Source of the DNA: Anaerolineae bacterium
Lineage (GTDB): Bacteria; Chloroflexota; Anaerolineae; B4-G1; DUEL01
DNA length: 64,000 nt
Direction of reading: 5' to 3'
Assembly (NCBI GenBank): GCA_049972045.1
Contig: JBMFKS010000001.1
Location: forward strand, 11,536 to 75,535
Positions 51,802 to 60,187 of this stretch are shown here, one piece after another. The first letter of the stretch is position 1. Each line of letters begins with the position of its first letter. Below the pieces are notes generated by a model. The model was not told where the DNA came from, made no database searches, and worked only from the letters and a program-made list of their open reading frames with translations. The position numbers were made by a program, and so were the translations under genes.

Positions 51802-52669
51802 CCAACACCTCCCCTCCGGTACGGGTGTCCGAAACGCCCAGCCGCTGGAGGGTCGCCATAACCTTCTCCAGCATCTCCCGGTCCCGGGCATATCCCCAGA
51901 AGCGGTGGACGGTCTGGAAAGAGAAGACCTTCTTGCTCACCCCGCGCCGTCCGCTGAGGAAGCCCGATGGGTCCACCCGGACCAGTTCGTTGACCTGGCT
52001 CAGGTCCAGATAGCGCCCGGTGTTGAAGAAGAAGAGGCGCAGGTCAGGCCATTCCGGTGGGGCCCGACGAAGCCGCTCCTGCATACGGGAAGAGTTATCC
52101 AGGATGCGAGCCAGCCATGCCTGGACGTCCTTCCGGGTGATGTTGGTGGGGAGGCGCAGCGGGGAGGCCAGCGTCACCAGGCCGTAATCCGGCTGAGGCG
52201 GCTTGAGGGTCGTCTTGCCGCCCAAGGAGCCGTAGCGGGTGATGAGCCAGACCGCCTTCGCCAACAACCAGCGCTCCTCCGCTTCGGTGGGCTTTACCTC
52301 CACGAAATTCATCGTGAAGGAGATGCCGGGCTGGCTGAGGTTGACCTCGTACCCGCCCTCCCCGTCGGTGAGGAGGAGGCGCAGTTTGCTGCTCCAGCCG
52401 CTGCATCCGAAGAGTCGACAGGCCGGACAGACATCCCGCAGGCCATCTTCCGGTTCGCCGGTCCGGCCGTAGGCCACTTCGTCAAAGGAGCACCGCTCGT
52501 CCCCGGTGGGGTCGCAGGCGTATCCGCCCAGACCCCGGATCAACGCCTCTGTCCACCAGCGGACGGAGCCCATCAGGCTACTCTCCTTTGCCTGCTCTGA
52601 CGTGCGCTCCACGTCCCCGGTCCAAATCGGGGCTAACGTTCGCAGGCTCACCACAATAGTTCGGGGCAT
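51791..52669 (-). CDS. Cmr1-like RAMP (Cas7 family) with zinc-finger
   Basis: PIWTGD...LMGSVRWWTEALIRG matches the Cmr1 SxxxKGxxRWWxRAL motif. CDPTGDERC...CPACRLFGC forms a treble-clef. AAGGAG RBS before the ATG at 52669. The ORF-track start at 52768 is a TTG. Confidence 0.6.
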   Translation of the reverse strand: MPRTIVVSLRTLAPIWTGDVERTSEQAKESSLMGSVRWWTEALIRGLGGYACDPTGDERCSFDEVAYGRTGEPEDGLRDVCPACRLFGCSGWSSKLRLLLTDGEGGYEVNLSQPGISFTMNFVEVKPTEAEERWLLAKAVWLITRYGSLGGKTTLKPPQPDYGLVTLASPLRLPTNITRKDVQAWLARILDNSSRMQERLRRAPPEWPDLRLFFFNTGRYLDLSQVNELVRVDPSGFLSGRRGVSKKVFSFQTVHRFWGYARDREMLEKVMATLQRLGVSDTRTGGEVLDEL

Positions 52670-52976
52670 AGAGGACTCCTTTCCTTGGGAGACAGACAAG
52701 GGGCCACTGAAAGGGATAGTCGTTGGCCTTCCGTGGCGTCTGATATAGTTTAGCATCCAATTATCCAAAAGTCAAGCCAGCAGCACGATGCGAGGATACA
52801 AGCAACCAGCCTCAGCGGTGAATGTCAGTCGGCTATTGGCGTGGTGTGGCAATCATCTGAAGAAAGGGGGAGCCCATCTGGCAATATTGTTGGCCTGAGG
52901 AATTCAGAAGAAAGGACAAGCGCCCTGGAGGGCTATCCAGCCCTTTCACCGGCTTACTAAAATTTGAACAATCACT

Positions 52977-53052
52977 CGCGAGCCGCCGCAGGCGGCGAAG
53001 CGATCTCCCGGCCCGCGGGGGATTGCTTCGGGCACTCCGCCGCCCCGAGGGG
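52977..53052. repeat. ~75-bp palindrome-containing repeat element (copy 2)
   Basis: cgcgagccgccgcaggcggcgaagcgatctcccggcccgcgggggattgcttcgggcactccgcc matches 14749-14821. It is followed by a CACGAAG-type cluster at 53040-53100. Confidence 0.55.
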
Positions 53053-53111
53053 GTGACAGCACGCCCAAGTCTTCGTGTTCTTGGTGTCCTTCGTGGTTTT
53101 CGGACAAGCGC

Positions 53112-55073
53112 TCACAGGCTGGCTTTCGGCGGCGAAGCCGCCGGGTCGGTGGTTGGCGGGGGGCAGACCCACCCCGGGGCCCAGAGGTCGCCAAAGGCGG
53201 CGCCGATGCCGCAGGCCGCGCAGGCGCTCCGACAATCGGGGCGGGTGCGAGCCTCCCGACTCCATTCCCACTCCCGCCACAGGTACCCCTTCCGCACCCC
53301 GATGTCCACCACGTCCCACGGGAAGACCTCCTCTCTGGACCGCTCCCGGTGGGCGTAGAACCCCGGGGAAAGCCCCGCTCGCTCAAAGGCCAGCGTCCAG
53401 GCGGTGAAGTCAAACCACTCGTCCCAGCCGTCAAAGCGGGCCCCTTCCGCCCAGGCCTGCCCGATGACCTCCCCCAGCCGCCGGTCGCCCCGGGAGAGCA
53501 CGGCCTCTATCAGGGTCATGCGCGGGTCGTTCCAACTGGGGTTGAGCCCACCGCCCCGCAGTCGCTCCCGCAGCACTTGCTGACGGGCCCGAATCTCCTC
53601 CAGCGGGGCCAGCGGCGCCCACTGGAAGGGAGTATGAGGCTTGGGGACGAAGGTGCTGATGGTGATGTTGACCTGTGCCTTGCGCCCGTGGACCTTTCGC
53701 CCTTCCGCCAGCACCGCCCGGGCCAGGTCGGCGATCGCCCGCACGTCCTCCGGTTCCTCCCCGGGCAGGCCAATCATGAAGTACAGTTTGACCGTCCGCC
53801 AGCCGCGCTGGAAGACCTCCCGGGCGATCTCCACCATCTGGGCCGCCGGGACCGGCTTGTTGATGGCCCGCCGCAGCCGCTCCGTCCCGGCTTCCGGCGC
53901 GAAGGTGAAGCCCGTCCGCCGCCCGCGACTGATCGCATCCGCCAGGTCCACTGAGAAGGACTCGATCCGCAGGCTGGGCAGGGAGATGGAAAGATGTCGG
54001 TCGGCGTACCGGTCCGCCAGCGCGCCCACCAGTTCGCCGATGCGGGAGTAGTCGGCGGAGGAGAGGGAGAGCAGGGCGATCTCTTCGTAGCCGGTGTGGG
54101 CCAGAATCTCGTCCACTGCCGCCAGGACCTCCTCCAGGGGCCGCTCCCGCAGGGGGCGGGTGACCATTCCGGCGTGGCAGAACCGGCATCCCCGGATGCA
54201 TCCGCGCTGGATCTCCACCACCCCCCGGTCGTGGGCGACGGTGATGTTGGGGACCAGCAGGCGGGTAGGCGGTGGGGGGAGGGCCGGCACCACGCGCCGC
54301 CGAACCGGAAAGGAGACATCCGGACGCAAGGGACGGATGCGGGCAATGGTGCCCTCGGGGTAGTAGTCCACCGCGTAGAAGCGGGGGACGTAGACGCCGG
54401 GGATGCGGGCCAGTGCCTCCAGCTGGGCTTCCCGGCCCTCATGGCGGGTGCGCTCGTAGGCCCGCACCACGTCCCCAATCGCCTCCTCGCCGTCGCCGAT
54501 GACGAAGGCGTCCACAAAATCCGCCACCGGCTCCGGGTTAAAAGCCGCGTGCCCTCCGGCGATGATCAGGGGGTGTCGGGTGTCCCGCTCCGCGCTCCGC
54601 AGGGGCAATCCCGCCAGGTCCAGCGTCTCCAGGAGATTGGTGTAGAGGACTTCGTAGGGGAGGCTGAAGCCCAGAATGTCAAATTCGGCCAGGGGATGGA
54701 AGGATTCCAGGCTGTAGAGGGGGATGGATTCCCGGCGCATGGCCGCGGCCATGTCGGGCCAGGGAGTGTAGGCCCGCTCCGCCAGGACGCCGTCCATCCG
54801 GTTTAGAATGTCGTAGAGGACCTGGATGCCCAGGTTGGACATCCCCAGGTCGTAGAGGTCGGGGAAGATCAGGCAGACACGGGTGGGGGTGGCGTCCCAG
54901 TCCTTGCGGACGGCGTTGACCTCGCCGCCGACGTAGCGGCCGGGGCGCTCCACGCGGGGGAGGATGCGCCCCAGGCGGGCTTTCCAGTGGGGGAGCATAG
55001 AGTTCTTCACCGGACTGAAGAAAATCGTTGTGCTCTCCACGTCCTCTGGGGTGAGTTTTTGCAGGAGATTCAA
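53112..55073 (-). CDS. TIGR03960-family B12-binding-domain radical SAM protein
   Basis: CIRGCRFCHAGM radical-SAM motif after an N-terminal B12-binding-like domain. The conserved C-terminal extension is typical of TIGR03960. 653 aa. Confidence 0.8.
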   Translation of the reverse strand: MNLLQKLTPEDVESTTIFFSPVKNSMLPHWKARLGRILPRVERPGRYVGGEVNAVRKDWDATPTRVCLIFPDLYDLGMSNLGIQVLYDILNRMDGVLAERAYTPWPDMAAAMRRESIPLYSLESFHPLAEFDILGFSLPYEVLYTNLLETLDLAGLPLRSAERDTRHPLIIAGGHAAFNPEPVADFVDAFVIGDGEEAIGDVVRAYERTRHEGREAQLEALARIPGVYVPRFYAVDYYPEGTIARIRPLRPDVSFPVRRRVVPALPPPPTRLLVPNITVAHDRGVVEIQRGCIRGCRFCHAGMVTRPLRERPLEEVLAAVDEILAHTGYEEIALLSLSSADYSRIGELVGALADRYADRHLSISLPSLRIESFSVDLADAISRGRRTGFTFAPEAGTERLRRAINKPVPAAQMVEIAREVFQRGWRTVKLYFMIGLPGEEPEDVRAIADLARAVLAEGRKVHGRKAQVNITISTFVPKPHTPFQWAPLAPLEEIRARQQVLRERLRGGGLNPSWNDPRMTLIEAVLSRGDRRLGEVIGQAWAEGARFDGWDEWFDFTAWTLAFERAGLSPGFYAHRERSREEVFPWDVVDIGVRKGYLWREWEWSREARTRPDCRSACAACGIGAAFGDLWAPGWVCPPPTTDPAASPPKASL

Positions 55074-55183
55074 TCTTCTTTTTCGGGGCCTCGGAATTGT
55101 CCCAATCTGGATGGAAAGAGGCCACAGGCGAAAAACAGGTTCAGGCGTCGGCCGCCCGGCCTGCGACCGGCGAAGCGCCGGTG

Positions 55184-55948
55184 CTACCCTTTAGCGATTC
55201 CTTCTACGACGCACTCCCGCGCGCCGCTATCCACGAAGCCCGCCGATTCGGCCAGGCGGGCGGAAGGTTCATTGCCCTCGGCGACGACGTAGAGGGGGAT
55301 GGCGCCAGAGCGCAGAATCCAGGTGATGCAGGCGTCCAGCACGGCCTTGCCCCAGCCGCGCCGCTGGGCCTCCGGGGCCGTCCGGACGTAGACTTCGGCG
55401 AAGTGGGGGGACTGCCAGTTGATGCCGGCCTCGGCGACGATCTGGGCCTCCTGGGAGCGGATGACGAAGCGGGGGGAGCCGTTGGCCGCCTGGGCCGGGG
55501 TAACCAGGACGTGGATCTCCGGCGCGTAGCGCCTCAGATCCAGGTAGTAGATGCGGTTGAGGCTGACCCGTTCCACCTCCAGCGCCTCCTCGGCGACGCC
55601 CAGCAGGTCAGGGGTGGTCACCAGGTAGTAGGGGCGGCGGGGGAGGCCGCCGCCGGAGGGGGAGAGGCCCCGCTGCAGGAGAGCCTGGGCGACGTCTATA
55701 CGGCGGGCGCGCAGGACGCTGATGGGCCGGAAGAGGTCCCAGCCCGTCTGGCAGATGGCCAGGAATCCCTCCACGCGCGGCCCGCGTTCGGCCACCCAGA
55801 GCCGGGTGCGCGCCGGGTCGTGGTAAAGGACGTAGTAGGCGGCCAGGCCGTCGCGCGGGGCGCTGAGGTCCAGTATCGTCCGCACCTTGCGGCGCAGTTC
55901 CTCCAGGTCCTGGGTGACTTCCTGTTCCTGCGGGGTGAACCAGTCCAT
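55184..55948 (-). CDS. GNAT-family N-acetyltransferase domain protein
   Basis: C-terminal acetyl-CoA-binding motif ...QRRGWGKAVLDACI... (GNAT motif A). Confidence 0.6.
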   Translation of the reverse strand: MDWFTPQEQEVTQDLEELRRKVRTILDLSAPRDGLAAYYVLYHDPARTRLWVAERGPRVEGFLAICQTGWDLFRPISVLRARRIDVAQALLQRGLSPSGGGLPRRPYYLVTTPDLLGVAEEALEVERVSLNRIYYLDLRRYAPEIHVLVTPAQAANGSPRFVIRSQEAQIVAEAGINWQSPHFAEVYVRTAPEAQRRGWGKAVLDACITWILRSGAIPLYVVAEGNEPSARLAESAGFVDSGARECVVEGIAKG

Positions 55949-55955
55949 GGGTCTT

Positions 55956-55982
55956 GACCACTGACGACGGACGACAGACGAG
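55956..55982. repeat. STRR-like heptanucleotide tandem repeat (x4)
   Basis: gaccactgacgacggacgacagacgag, immediately upstream of the GNAT start codon on the opposite strand. Confidence 0.55.
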
Positions 55983-56107
55983 AGGCTATCCTTCCGTCAG
56001 GACGAAATCCCTCTTCAACGATCAGCCTGGCTATTTACGCCAGCACCAAGGCGCGCCCGTGAAGGATTTCTTCGCGGCGCATTGGGCGAATATCGGTTTC
56101 AGTCAGT

Positions 56108-57844
56108 TTATACCTCATCTCCCTCATCTGCGCCCAGCAGCAGGCGGCGCAGGAGTGGGATGGGGGGCGTGCCGTACGAAAGAAAGCGGTCGTGGAACCG
56201 GCGCAGGTCAAAGTTCTCCCCCTCCCGTACCCGGACGTCCTCTCGCAGTTTCAACACCATGAGTTTGCCCAGGGTGTAGTTCAGGTACTGGGGGTCGTAG
56301 GTGCCCCGGATGGCTTCCTCCTCGGCCGGCGCCCGTTCCATGAACGCGTCCTCCACAAAGCGGCGGGTGGCCTCCTCCACCGTCATCCCGGCGGTATGCA
56401 AGCCCAGCGCGCAGACGAAGCGGACGTCCCGCAGCAGGGCCTCGCTCAACTGGCCCAGGCGGGCCCAGAGGTCATCCGGGCAGACCGTCTCCCCCATCAT
56501 CTGTTCACAGTAGTGGGCCCAGCCCTCGGTGAAGGCGTAGGAGCCGAAGGCTTTGGTGACCGCCGACGGGGCGTTGCGGGTGTGCAGGCCGTGCAGGTAG
56601 TGGCCGGGCCAGGCCTCGTGGACGCAGGTGCTCCAGAGGGAGTGGTAGGTGAAGGCAGTCATCCACTCCTCCACTTTCTCGGAGGGCCAGTCCGGCTCCG
56701 GCGGGGTGACGTAGTAGTAGGACTCGCGCGCGGCGGTCTCAAAGGGGCCGGAGGAGTACATCATTGCGAAGGCGTAGCGCAGGAAGGGGGGCGTTTCGGC
56801 GACGATGCAGTTCTCATCGTACGGGACAGAGACGATGCCCCGCGCCAGGACCGTCTGGCGGAGGTCGTCCACCAGCCGTCGGACCTCGGGGATCAGGTCT
56901 TCCGGCGCGGGATGGCGGCGCTTCCCCTCGGCGATGACCTGCTGGGGGTCGCGGCCGGGCCCGCCCAGACGGGCGGCGGTCTCCAGGAACGCCTCCTGAT
57001 TGCGGGTCAGGTCCGCCTCCGCCACCTCCCGCAGGCGGTCCAGAGATATATCCAGGCCCTCGCTCAGGGCCAGCATGCGCGCGAACCGCTCCGCGCCCAG
57101 GGCGAAGTCGTCGGTGGCGCGGGGGGCCAGGTCGTTCTCCAGCCAGGCGACGGCGGCCTCCACTTCCCGAACCGCGTCCCGGATGGCCTCATCCAGTTCG
57201 GCCCGTAGCGCACCGTCTTCCAGGCCGGAGAGGGCGCCGGGGAGATCGTCATGCAGGAAAGAGGCCAGCCCCTTCCCGATGCGCGCGGCCACGCCGACGG
57301 CGGGGCGCATGGGGTGGGTGAGATTCTCCCGCATGGCGGAGAGGACGGCCGGGACATTGCGCAGGTGGGCCAGCAGCGCTCGCGCGCGCACCTCCAGCGG
57401 CGCGTAGGCGCGCAGGATATAGTTGCCCACGTCCAGCGTCTCCAGGTACGGGATGGGGTCCCGTTCCAGTTTGCGCCATTCGGCCAGGGTGAAGGCTTCA
57501 AAGAGGGCCTCGTGGCGCACCACCTGGTAGTCCAGCCAGGCCCGTTCATCCAAGTCGGCGGGGTCTATCTGGTCCAGGTCGTCCAAGAAACGGCGCAGGT
57601 CTGCCAGGCGGGTTTCCAGCGCACGGCGGGAGAGGTCAGGCAGTCGTCCGTCGTATTCGTGGAACCCCAGCCAGACGGCGACGAGGGGATACGTTTCGCA
57701 GTAGGTCCGCAAGTAGGCATCGGCCAGAGTTTGCAGTTCTTGTATGGCGGAGGGAACCACAGAATCCTCCTGAGTGCGCAGGTAGACGTCGGCCGGATAG
57801 GCCCGACGGTAAACCGTCGGGCTGAAACTGAAGAGGACTCTCAC
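56108..57844 (-). CDS. DUF885-family protein (putative metallopeptidase-like)
   Basis: HEAWPGHYLH and surrounding motifs are characteristic of DUF885. 578 aa. Confidence 0.7.
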   Translation of the reverse strand: MRVLFSFSPTVYRRAYPADVYLRTQEDSVVPSAIQELQTLADAYLRTYCETYPLVAVWLGFHEYDGRLPDLSRRALETRLADLRRFLDDLDQIDPADLDERAWLDYQVVRHEALFEAFTLAEWRKLERDPIPYLETLDVGNYILRAYAPLEVRARALLAHLRNVPAVLSAMRENLTHPMRPAVGVAARIGKGLASFLHDDLPGALSGLEDGALRAELDEAIRDAVREVEAAVAWLENDLAPRATDDFALGAERFARMLALSEGLDISLDRLREVAEADLTRNQEAFLETAARLGGPGRDPQQVIAEGKRRHPAPEDLIPEVRRLVDDLRQTVLARGIVSVPYDENCIVAETPPFLRYAFAMMYSSGPFETAARESYYYVTPPEPDWPSEKVEEWMTAFTYHSLWSTCVHEAWPGHYLHGLHTRNAPSAVTKAFGSYAFTEGWAHYCEQMMGETVCPDDLWARLGQLSEALLRDVRFVCALGLHTAGMTVEEATRRFVEDAFMERAPAEEEAIRGTYDPQYLNYTLGKLMVLKLREDVRVREGENFDLRRFHDRFLSYGTPPIPLLRRLLLGADEGDEV

Positions 57845-57919
57845 CTGAGCCTGCCGTTATTATACCAGGTTGGCGGAGGAAGACAACCTCCCCTGATCGT
57901 ATGTCTCATTGCCAGGACT

Positions 57920-58090
57920 TACGCAGTCGGGGGATTGCGCCTCGGGCGAGAAGCCCCCTCGGCCACGCCGCGCCACGCCCTCGGGCCGCGGGGCCCTCGG
58001 CCCAAGGCCTCGGCGCGAGCGCCCCTCGGGCTGAGCCTTCGGGGCGGGGCCCCTCGCTGGGGCTCGGCGCAACGCTGGCGGCCCGCGCTA
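57920..58090 (+). repeat. GC-rich repeat (R family), copy 2
   Basis: Shares ~60 bp with the reverse complement of 43850-44060. A partial third copy lies at 60040-60110. Confidence 0.5.
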
Positions 58091-58227
58091 CAGAGCGTTC
58101 GTAGTCAGGAGCGAAGTGGCGCTCAAACGGCACTTCACTTCGTTCCGTGCTGCACTACGAGCAGCAGGCCCCCTCGCTGCTGCTCGGGGCGGGGCTGGCG
58201 GCCTGCGCTCCATCGCCGTAGCGTAAG

Positions 58228-58258
58228 GTGCGACGCACCTCCCAGGTGCGTCGCACCT
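58228..58258. terminator. perfect hairpin GGTGCGACGCACC-tccca-GGTGCGTCGCACC downstream of the TPP-enzyme gene
   Basis: A 13-bp perfect stem located 13 nt past the stop at 58271 (minus strand). Confidence 0.4.
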
Positions 58259-58270
58259 GCGCCGCAATGC

Positions 58271-59989
58271 CTACTCCGGCAGTTCGCACCCTTCCATCCA
58301 GACCGCGGCCAGGTTCTCCAGGTCGGGCGGGAGCAGGTTGGCCCACGAGTCCACAAGGACGTCCAGCACCGCGGGCTTCCCCGACCGGACGGCCCGTTCC
58401 AGCGCGGGCGTAATCTCCTTCGGGTCCTCCACCCGTTCCCCCCAGCCGCCGCAGGCACGCGCGATCTCGTCGTAGCGGATGTCGGTGAAATCCACGCCGA
58501 TGTAGCGCGCGTCGTAGTTGGCCATCTGCGAGGCCTTGATCATCCCCCACTGCCGGTCGTTGGCGACGACGATGACGACCGGGACCTTGAGCCGTGCGGC
58601 CGTCTCCAGTTCCTGCATGTTCAGCCCGAAAGCGCCGTCGCCGCAGATGGCGTAGACGGGCCGGTCCGGCGCGGCCAGTTGGGCCCCGATGGCGTAGGGG
58701 AGCCCCGTCCCCAGGTGCCCGGAGTCCGCCGCCCAGAGGAACGACCGGGGCGCGTAGACCCGGTTCAGGTAGTGGGCCCAAACGGTGATGTTCCCGCCGT
58801 CCACAACGGTGATGGCCTCGCGCGGGAAGAAGGCCCGCACGTCCCGCACCAGCCGGAGGGGATGGATGGGCTTGGCGTCCGACTCGGCCTGCTTCTGGAA
58901 GTTGGCCAGCCAGGCCTCCTGCGCGGCCCGGTACTCCGCCATCCGGGGCCGCTCCGGAATCGGCGGGGTCAGCCGCCGGATGGCTTCTATCAGTGCGCGC
59001 AGGGTGGCCTTCGCGTCCCCCACCAGCGCCAGGTCCACGGGCCGATTGAGCGCGATGTTCTCCGGCTCAATGTCTATCTGGATGAACTTCTGGACATCCG
59101 GCTCGCCCCACATCGGCGGCTGCCCCCAGAAGTCCACGTCCCCCAGCCGCCCGCCGACCAGGAGCACCACGTCCGCCTCGTTCTGCGCGCCCAGCGCGCC
59201 GTAGCCGCCGGGAATGAGGCAGAGGGGGTGGTCTTCGGGCAGGACACCGCTGGCCCCCATAGAGGTGGTGACGGGCGCGGCGAGGTACTCGGCCAGTTCC
59301 CGGACCTCGTCCCACGCGCCGGAGCGGAGGACGCCACCGCCGGGATGGATGAGGGGACGCTCCGCGTTGACCAGCATGCACGCGGCCTCCTCAATCAGCG
59401 GGGCCGGGGCGACGGGGCGCTCCAGCGCCCGGTACCGCTGGGGCGGCCAGGGGTGATAGGTGAGTTCCGACTCGTCCACCCGTTCCAGCAACACGTCCAC
59501 GTGCAGGTCCAGGTAGACGGGGCCGGGGCGGCCGGAGAGGGCGACGCGGAAGGCCCGCTGGACCAGTTCGGGGATGCGCTGGGGGTGGGTGACGCGGGCC
59601 TGCCACTTGGTGATGGGTGCCATCAGGTCCACCTGGTTGAGGGACTGCATAGAGCCCCGTTCGGGGTAACTCTTCCAGGTCTGGTTCTGGGCGCCCAGGA
59701 CGATGAGGGGGATGGAGTCGGCCCAGGCGGCGTAGACGCCGGGGACCAGGTCGGCCACGCCCGGCCCGACGGTGCCCATGCAGACCCCCGGCTCCCCGCT
59801 GACGCGGGCGTAGGCGTCGGCCATATGCGCCGCGGCCTGCTCGTGGCGGGTCATGACGAATTCCATCCCCGCCGACGGCCCCAGCCGCCGGATGGCATCC
59901 AGGATGGGGCAGAGTTGGCCGCCGGGGATGCCGAAGACGTAGCGGACGTTTTCCTGAATGAGGCATCGGACCAGCAGTTCGGCTCCGAT
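58271..59989 (-). CDS. thiamine-pyrophosphate enzyme (acetolactate synthase large subunit-like)
   Basis: MIGAELLVRCLIQENVRYVFGIPGGQLCPILDAI is the TPP N-terminal domain. The TPP-binding motif GDGAFGLNMQELETA...N is near the C-terminus. Start chosen at MIGAEL (GAAGGGAGGA RBS). Confidence 0.75.
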   Translation of the reverse strand: MGAELLVRCLIQENVRYVFGIPGGQLCPILDAIRRLGPSAGMEFVMTRHEQAAAHMADAYARVSGEPGVCMGTVGPGVADLVPGVYAAWADSIPLIVLGAQNQTWKSYPERGSMQSLNQVDLMAPITKWQARVTHPQRIPELVQRAFRVALSGRPGPVYLDLHVDVLLERVDESELTYHPWPPQRYRALERPVAPAPLIEEAACMLVNAERPLIHPGGGVLRSGAWDEVRELAEYLAAPVTTSMGASGVLPEDHPLCLIPGGYGALGAQNEADVVLLVGGRLGDVDFWGQPPMWGEPDVQKFIQIDIEPENIALNRPVDLALVGDAKATLRALIEAIRRLTPPIPERPRMAEYRAAQEAWLANFQKQAESDAKPIHPLRLVRDVRAFFPREAITVVDGGNITVWAHYLNRVYAPRSFLWAADSGHLGTGLPYAIGAQLAAPDRPVYAICGDGAFGLNMQELETAARLKVPVVIVVANDRQWGMIKASQMANYDARYIGVDFTDIRYDEIARACGGWGERVEDPKEITPALERAVRSGKPAVLDVLVDSWANLLPPDLENLAAVWMEGCELPE

Positions 59990-60150
59990 CATGGGGGTCC
60001 TCCCTTCTATGAACGAATGTGGAATGACTTGGCTGCGCGCTGGGAAGAGGGGGTCCCCTCCCCCTCGGGGCGAGAAGCCCCCTCGGCCCGCGGGCGAGCG
60101 GGAGGGGGAAGGAGGGTAACGGCTCGCGGTTGCCCTACCAGAGGTAGGGA

Positions 60151-60187
60151 GGGATGCGGCGGGCGGCGAAGCCGCCCGCCGCATCCC
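60151..60187. terminator. perfect 16-bp GC palindrome GGGATGCGGCGGGCGGC-gaa-GCCGCCCGCCGCATCCC
   Basis: Directly after the CpXC-protein stop (60188). Same core as the hairpin at 48233-48264. Confidence 0.45.

Noticed and set aside
51791-52768. ORF-track start (TTG at 52768) for the Cmr1-like gene, and the 391-aa extent of the Cmr6-like ORF (50716-51891)
   Set aside because: Internal ATG codons with good RBSs (AAGGAG at 52669; GGAGG at 51801) give more plausible starts. The upstream extensions are low-complexity and overlap the preceding gene.
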